Of a stretch of 64,000 nucleotides of DNA, positions 57,879 to 64,000 are shown piece by piece. The translations under genes and the position numbers were made by a program. Source of the DNA: an uncultured Enterobacteriaceae bacterium. Its GTDB lineage: Bacteria; Verrucomicrobiota; Verrucomicrobiia; Opitutales; UBA953. The stretch lies in contig CAZWIK010000007.1 in the NCBI GenBank assembly GCA_964633895.1, positions 104 to 64,103 of the forward strand, read 5' to 3'. Position 1 is the first letter of the stretch. Every line of letters begins with the position of its first letter. The notes under the pieces were generated by a model, which searched no databases, was not told the origin of the DNA, and saw only the letters and a program-made list of their open reading frames with translations.

Positions 57879-59267
57879 TTCATTGGTTTGCTTACGATCA
57901 CTTCAATCCTGCAAATCCTTCCGAATATTGGCGTAGTGTTCCCGAAGGAACGCCGCTTCCAGATTATGCGAAATTCATTCCGACCGAAGAAATTCCAAAG
58001 GCATTCCCGTCGTCAATCGAATGTAATTCATGGCGCGGCGGCGACTTCATCGCGGGAATGAAAATTTCCGCCGAACGCGCCTGCATTTTCAGAATTTTTG
58101 ATGGCGGGAACGATTGTAAAGGGCGACGCAATCGCTGGGTGATGCTCATGGCGGAGGGCGACCGTGAGGATTTCGCGGGAACGGATCTTTTGTCCGCTGT
58201 GGACAGCGAGACGTTTAACGCGTTCGCCGCGAGCGCGAAAAAAACCGACGGTTGCACCGCCCGCGCACCAAGAGCCATGGTGGAACTCCTCCGCGGCGAA
58301 GCTGTCCGAGCCTTGTTTCGAGCGCATTGACGGTGCGGACGCGGATAGAAAAATCCGGGAGATGTCCAAGGCGTTTTCCTCCACGCCGAACTCGGAAGGC
58401 TTGATTTTGGTCCGACGCTCGGGAACGAGCCTGCGCGCGTCCGTTTCTGTCCGCATCAATCGAGCGCACGAAACGTCGTCTGTTCCGCGAAATGCCGCGT
58501 CCGGCGCAACAAGCCGATTTTACGAAAAAAGGACGGAATCTCCGCCTCCGCGCGACGTTCCCGCGTCCGCCGTGTGCGGGCGACGGAAATTGCCGATATT
58601 CTTGTCGTTCGCCGTCGGCTTCTTGTGCGCAGGGATTCTTTGGTATATCTCGTATGGCGCGCTTAACGGAAAGTACAACGACCTTGAACGTAAGCTCGAA
58701 GGAAAAGAATCACTTGTGCGAGAGTTGGAAAATGACAAAACGCGCTTGAAAGAAAAAATAACATCCTTGAAAGGTGAGAACGACCGCCTGACGAAACGTA
58801 ATGAGGAGTTGAATAACAGGCTGAACGGTCAAGATGAGACTTCCTTTCTAGGGCAGATGTGCGCGCAAATCACAAAACACCTGCACGCCTTTGAAGAAAG
58901 TTTTAATAGACAGATGGAGCAGTTGGATCAGATGAAGAAAGCAGCTCTCAAGGAACTTGAAGAAAGCGTGAAGGAAATTCAGAGCAGGATAGACAGAGTT
59001 AAAGACAGTTCGAAGGTGCAGCCGCTGCCGGATTCGTCCAAATTCGGCAAATTTGAAAAAGGCGAAGGTAACTACGCATTCAAATTCATAATTGAATCCT
59101 GGAAAAAAGAAAGGTCGTCTATCGTCTGGCATGGCAAAAACGACGTGGTTTTCATCATTTGGATTCCGGATTCCTACCCTACTGACGAGGCGATAGAAGT
59201 ATGTATGCCCGAAAAATTTGAGGTTTATCCGACCTGGTGTTTCTACTGCAACAAGTGCTCAGATTGA
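57875..59267 (+). pseudogene. GAP1-N-like domain + TM + coiled coil, split by a frameshift at an A7 run
   Basis: GGNDCKGRRNRW motif. Removing one A at 58238-58244 fuses ORFs 57875 and 58164 into a 463-aa ORF. Confidence 0.55.
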
Positions 59268-59271
59268 CGCG

Positions 59272-60639
59272 ATGGCGGACATCTGCATCCTTGGGCTCAG
59301 TGGCGCAGGGAAAACGGTTTTTATTTCCGTTCTGACGAGCCGTTTCCGCGAAATTCGTGACGGCGAACCGTATTTCGCTTTTAAAAATGCGGGAACGAAT
59401 CTCTACGTTGCGACCGTCTGGGATAAACTGACGCGTGATCGCGAGTGGCCGGATTCCACACCGCCGGGAACGCGGCGGGTTTTGGAGTGGATACTGCACA
59501 CACCGGACGGGAACGAACACGCGCTACACGTTCTCGACGCGCCGGGACAAGACGTGGCGGCGGTTTTTTCTGCGGACGATGCGACCGAACTCAGTCCGAA
59601 CCAGCGAGAACTCGCGTCCCGAATCGAATCTGCGGGCTGCGTCGTTTGGCTCATCAATCTGCTGGAAATCAGGCTGGCGAATTCCGCGGCGGAGCGCGCA
59701 AATTATGAATCCGCCGTCGTCGTGGGAATTCTTCGCCTGTTGGCGCGCCGAGTGCGCGTCGCCGTTCTGATCGCGCAGCATGATCGCCTGAAAGCGAACT
59801 TGTATTCCGGCATCGGGTTCGTCAGCGACGACGAAAGCGCGGAAAAAACGCTGAAAACGGAAACGGCGGGCGTTTCTCCGCTTGACGTGATTCGCGAATC
59901 GCTCCCGTCGGCATACGCCGTGCTGAAATCCCGGATTGAAAAACGCGATCCGCTCGTTTATCTGGATTTCGTTTCCGCTGTCGCGGACACGGAAACGGTG
60001 CGCGATGCCGACGGAACCCTGCGGTCGCGTCCGGCGGAGAATTTTTCGTCTTACGGACTTGCCGAGGCGTTGGCGTGGATTTCCTCGAGCGTAGAGGGAA
60101 TCGAACGCGAGAACAAGGCGGCGGTCCGGATCGCGACAAAAACGCACGTCCGCGGGAACGCTTATCACATCGGATTCGCGAAAGCGACGAGGAGGCTTTA
60201 TGCGCGAATGTTCAATTTTTCCGGACGCGCCACGCGTTCGGAGTTTTGGAAAGGATTGTCGGTTTCGATTACCGTGTTTTGTCTGTTGAGGTTTGTTAGT
60301 GCGGAAACGTCGCTGGAAGTTGCTTTATCACTTTTATTACTATTACCATTTGTTGTCGTTATTCCGCTCTTCGCTCTAACGGTTCGGCGTGCGCATGATA
60401 TGGGTGTTTCTCTTTTTCGTTTTTTACGTATAGGTGGAGGTATTGTTTTGCTTATTGTTTTGCTTGGAATGATTTTTGACGACATCTTCAAAAGCGAGGT
60501 CATATTTAGCTCTGTCTCCATCGTTCTCGTTATTTGTGTTTTCGGGATTTTCCTCATCGCCTTGTGCTTGTGTGATTCCGATGTCGGCAGGAATAAATAC
60601 GGCGACTCCGAGAAATATCCTGATGATGCGCGTGCTTGA
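59272..60639 (+). CDS. Second paralogous GTPase fused to a DUF805-like membrane domain
   Basis: ILGLSGAGKT, DSTPP, LDAPGQ and AQHD; C-terminal FNFSGRATRSEFW...VRRAHDMG...GRNKYG is the DUF805 pattern. Confidence 0.8.
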   Translation: MADICILGLSGAGKTVFISVLTSRFREIRDGEPYFAFKNAGTNLYVATVWDKLTRDREWPDSTPPGTRRVLEWILHTPDGNEHALHVLDAPGQDVAAVFSADDATELSPNQRELASRIESAGCVVWLINLLEIRLANSAAERANYESAVVVGILRLLARRVRVAVLIAQHDRLKANLYSGIGFVSDDESAEKTLKTETAGVSPLDVIRESLPSAYAVLKSRIEKRDPLVYLDFVSAVADTETVRDADGTLRSRPAENFSSYGLAEALAWISSSVEGIERENKAAVRIATKTHVRGNAYHIGFAKATRRLYARMFNFSGRATRSEFWKGLSVSITVFCLLRFVSAETSLEVALSLLLLLPFVVVIPLFALTVRRAHDMGVSLFRFLRIGGGIVLLIVLLGMIFDDIFKSEVIFSSVSIVLVICVFGIFLIALCLCDSDVGRNKYGDSEKYPDDARA

Positions 60640-60728
60640 TGTCGCGCGGGAACGCGTGCGGAGTTATTTTTCATTAAACGAGTTATTTTGATCGAAAGAG
60701 AGACAATAAAACAAAGAATACGAAGAAG

Positions 60729-63700
60729 ATGATGAAGAGAAAAATCCTTTTGCTGATTGCCGTTTCCGCGCTGGGCGTTCCCGTTCCGGCGCTTTTCTCC
60801 GCCGAGGATTTCGCGCCGGCGGTGCGGGCGGAAGCGCGAGTTGTCGAGTTCGACGTTCCCGTGCTGAGCGTCTGCGGGAGCGGAGAAAATGCGGAAGGGC
60901 GGTTTTCCCGTCTGCCGTTCAAGTTCCGGCGGACGACGGCGGAGGCTCCTTTCCGCGTGTCGATCAGTGACGACGTCTCGGGCGGGAGCGGCGAGGAGAT
61001 TCGTTCGAGCCTTTGGAGTGCGGCGACGGTCGCGGCACTGATGCGCGGAGATTTGATGAGCGGCGTTCGGCTTAGTGTCGATTTTTCCGGAAACGTGGAC
61101 GAACCGAGCGCGGGTGGCGTGCTTTGTCTCGCGATTTTGAGCGCGCTCGACGGACGCGAATTTCCGAAGGACTTCGCGATGACAGGAACGATTCTGCCGG
61201 ACGGGAGCCTCGGGCTTGTCGGCGGCATCGATAAAAAAATGGAGGCGGCAGCGAAAGCCGGAATCAGGCGCGTGTGCATTCCCGCGCTGGGGCGGGTGGA
61301 AAACGACGGGAACACGAACCTCTTTGGGGATCTGGTCAAATGGGCGGAGTAGCTCGGCATCGAGCTGATTCTCGCGGAAACGGCGGAAGAAGCTTATGCA
61401 GCGGCGCATCGTCTGCCGCTTCCGGAGAGGAAGACGGTTTCGGAGCGGGCGGCGTTGAGTCTGCCGCGGGAACAGGAAGAAGCCTAGTTTTCCGGATTTT
61501 TTGATAATTTCAACGCCTGCGGCGCAATCGCGCGGCGGCACGAAACGGAAATCGAACAGCAGGATCCGTTTTTGTCGCGCTATGCGGAAGAGTGCTATCG
61601 TCGTTCTTTGAGGCTGTTGAGAGCGGGATATTTTCAGCGGGCATGGGAAAATTCATTCGAAAGCCTGCTGTTTTGGCGCGCGTGGGATGAATCCTCCGCG
61701 TTGAAAGAAGCGTTTTGGCGCGCGCGACCGAATGCGATGAAATCTGTCTTCGAAGCTGCGCTGGCGGATTCCGACGCCGCCGCGACGGACGCCGACAGAA
61801 ACCTGCTCGTCGAGTTCCGGAATTATCTGGGGGGGGGGAGAAATTAAAAGACGCTCCGACCGCGCCGCGTTCGTCTGAGCGCGGGGACGGCGTTCCCGCG
61901 GAATCTTGGGGCGTCGGCTATTATCGCGACGCGCCGTGGGAAACGGAAATTTCCGCGCAGTTCGAGCCGGTGCTTTCGTCGGCGGATTCGGACGCGTGGA
62001 GAACCTTTTTCAGACGGGAATTGAAGACGACGTGTCGAAAGTCGGCACGAAGCGTGAAATCGTAATGCAGATGAACCTGTCGGGGTATCAGGAAATTCTT
62101 GCCCGCGTCGGGCTTGCCCGAAAAAACGAAGGCTCTTATTTCCTGAAGATCGCTGAGGTTACGCCGCAGATTCGAGGAAACGCGAATTTGGCGAAGGCGG
62201 CGAATTTTTATTACTCCGCGCGCAACGCCGTTTCCGAAAATTTGCGCAACGGATTTCGTGACGAGGTTTCCGAGGACGACGATCGGTATCTGTGGCGTTT
62301 CATCTACGGTTGCAACGGGAGCGACGAGCTCTGCGACGCCGTGCGTCTGGGAAAAAAGGAATCGGATCCGAGCTACAACGCGCTGGCGCGCATCATTGCC
62401 GACTGCCGGCTGTTGGCGCAGGGGGCGGCTCTTCAGATCAAATACGGTCCCGATGTCGGAGCCGTGGAATCGGAGTCGCTCGGCGTCAATTCTTACGAGA
62501 ACACCTATTTTCTGGACGCGCTCATCCGCACGGCGCGGATTCAGGCGCTGAACAGCATCGGCGAATGTCGGGAACGCAACATTCCGTGTCCGGCGGCGCT
62601 TTCCGCGTTCGTCGAAGCGGACACTTCCCGCGGCGATTTCGCGCGGGATCAGCTTTTCGACATGCTGGCGAATTATTGGACTGCGGGCAACATCGCTCAG
62701 GCGCTGACGCTTTGTTTCGATCCGCAACCGACGACGGAGGAGGCCGCGGCGCGCGGGAACGCCGCCGCGCAGTTCCTGCTCGGACGTCGCGCTACACTGC
62801 GCAACGATATTGATGCCGCACGCGAATTTTTGTCGAAATCCGCGGCTCAGGGCGACGCCCGCGCGCAGTATTATCTGAGCCATCTTCTCGATGACGGAAA
62901 TGTCGTGCGGGATTTGCTGGAAAAATCCGCGGCGCAGAATTTCATTCCCGCGCAGGAGGAGCTGGCCTCTGTGTATTGGTTCGGAGACGAGGATGCCGGC
63001 GTCGAGCAAGATAGGAAAAAGGCGTTCAAACTTTTTGAGAAAGCGGCGGAGGCAGGGTCTGTCACGGCGCAGGAGGTGCTCGCGAATATTTATATTAACG
63101 AAGACGAAATCGTCGAAGTCGACGCGGCGCGCGGTCATGCGTGGCGACGGATCGCGGCGGAGCGCGGGGACGCGTTTGCGCAGTTTTGGCTGGCGTACGA
63201 TTTTTCGCGAGGCACGCCGTGGAGCGGAAAAAATGCGGAAAGCGCAGCGCGCTGGTTTTCCCGCGCGGCGGAACAGGGGAATGCCTCAGCTCAGAGTCGG
63301 CGCGGCGAGTGTTATTCTTACGGGAACGGCGTCGAACGGGATTTGGAGAAAGCGTTCGGCTGGTATTTGAGGTCGGCGAAACAGGGAGACGAGGTCGGGC
63401 AGTTCAACGTCGGGATCTGCTTTCTTTTCGGACACGGCGTGAGGCGGAATTACGCGCAGGCGGTGCGATGGTTGAGAGAAGCGGCGGAAGCCGGAAACAA
63501 GGTCGCGAAGATGTTTCTTTCCACGTTGCAGATGCCTCGCGTGCATGTTCCCGATACCGATTTTTTCATCGGCGCGCACGAGGTCCGACAACTCGAATAC
63601 TGGATGTTGATGGATGTCGGAAATTCTTCCGCGAATAAAGGCGATGATCTGCCCGTGGAAAACGTTTCCTGGGACGACGCGATGGAATTTTGCCGCCGGC

Positions 63701-64000
63701 TCACCGCCTAGGAACGCGCGGCGGGAACGATTCCGGACAATTACGAGTATTCGCTCCCGACGAAGATTCAGTGGATCACCGCGTTTCGTGCGGGAACGAA
63801 TACGCCTTACAATACGGGCGCGACGGAAGAGGATCTCGCCCGCGCCGGCTGGTATGCGGGAAATTCCGGAAACCGTTCGCACGCGGTCGGACAAAAAGAG
63901 CCGAACGCATGGGGCATTTACGACATGCACGGGAACGTCTGGGAATGGTGCGCGGACGCCGCCGAAAACAACGATTCCATGCGCGTCGTGGAAGGCGGGA
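60729..64000 (+). pseudogene. Large interrupted exported protein: Lon-like S16 protease domain + helical region + Sel1 repeats + FGE-sulfatase domain (partial)
   Basis: DEPSAGG...GGIDKKMEAA (Ser-Lys dyad), Sel1 repeats and NAWGIYDMHGNVWEWC. In-frame TAGs at 61350, 61485 and 63709; frame changes near G10 (61829-61838) and about 62005. Confidence 0.7.

Larger units (their letters stand above)
47410..64000 (+). other. Accessory island (SrfABC + twin GTPase cluster), continues past right edge
   Basis: Abrupt change after hrpB to more AT-rich, co-oriented, tightly coupled accessory genes with several interruptions. No integrase or tRNA is visible. Confidence 0.7.

Noticed and set aside
60729-64000. 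TAG reassigned to Gln (alternative genetic code) in the island
   Set aside because: TAG is a genuine stop for yicC (canonical end REQVQNIE) and for 53275-54345 inside the island. The same region also has a TGA interruption and frameshifts, so decay or error is more parsimonious.
47410-64000. Prophage, ICE or T6SS identity for the island
   Set aside because: No integrase, tRNA target, terminal repeats, phage structural genes or Tss core genes are recognisable in the window.

Overview
The window looks like the chromosome of a GC-rich diderm bacterium, probably Verrucomicrobiota (Opitutia-like). That placement is inferred from the Verru_Chthon-type prepilin cassette, mcsAB, bamD/lptE, kdsA and a long-form ispG. 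It has three parts. (1) 1-7.4 kb: a complete minus-strand type III-B CRISPR effector operon (cas10/cmr2-cmr3-cmr4-cmr5-cmr6-cmr1). cmr1 runs off the left edge and is missing from the ORF track. The operon is headed by two paralogous Gly-rich membrane micropeptides and a DUF1232 gene. No array, cas1/2/6 or ring-nucleotide effector is visible. (2) 7.5-47.4 kb: housekeeping genes, including MATE, mcsAB, aroQ, lysS, fabH, bamD, lptE, hemB, uppS, four prepilins, nagB, prmB, coaE, rho, yicC, kdsA, ispG, leuB and hrpB. (3) 47.4-64 kb: a more AT-rich island. It carries SrfC (dynamin-like P-loop), SrfB (Hsp70/actin-fold), a membrane-anchored GrpE-like protein, an SrfA-like protein, two paralogous membrane-tethered GTPases with different C-termini, a GAP1-N-like protein, and an interrupted Lon-protease/Sel1/FGE gene. 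The most striking signal is a 9-10 bp motif, (C)GCGGGAACG / CGTTCCCGC(G). It occurs about once per 200 bp in the stretch I counted, on both strands and inside and between genes. It forms terminator stems and palindromes and imprints AGT/VPA/RER tripeptides on proteins. These are the hallmarks of a DNA uptake sequence, but the sequence matches none I know. All family assignments come from motifs read by eye; no searches were run.
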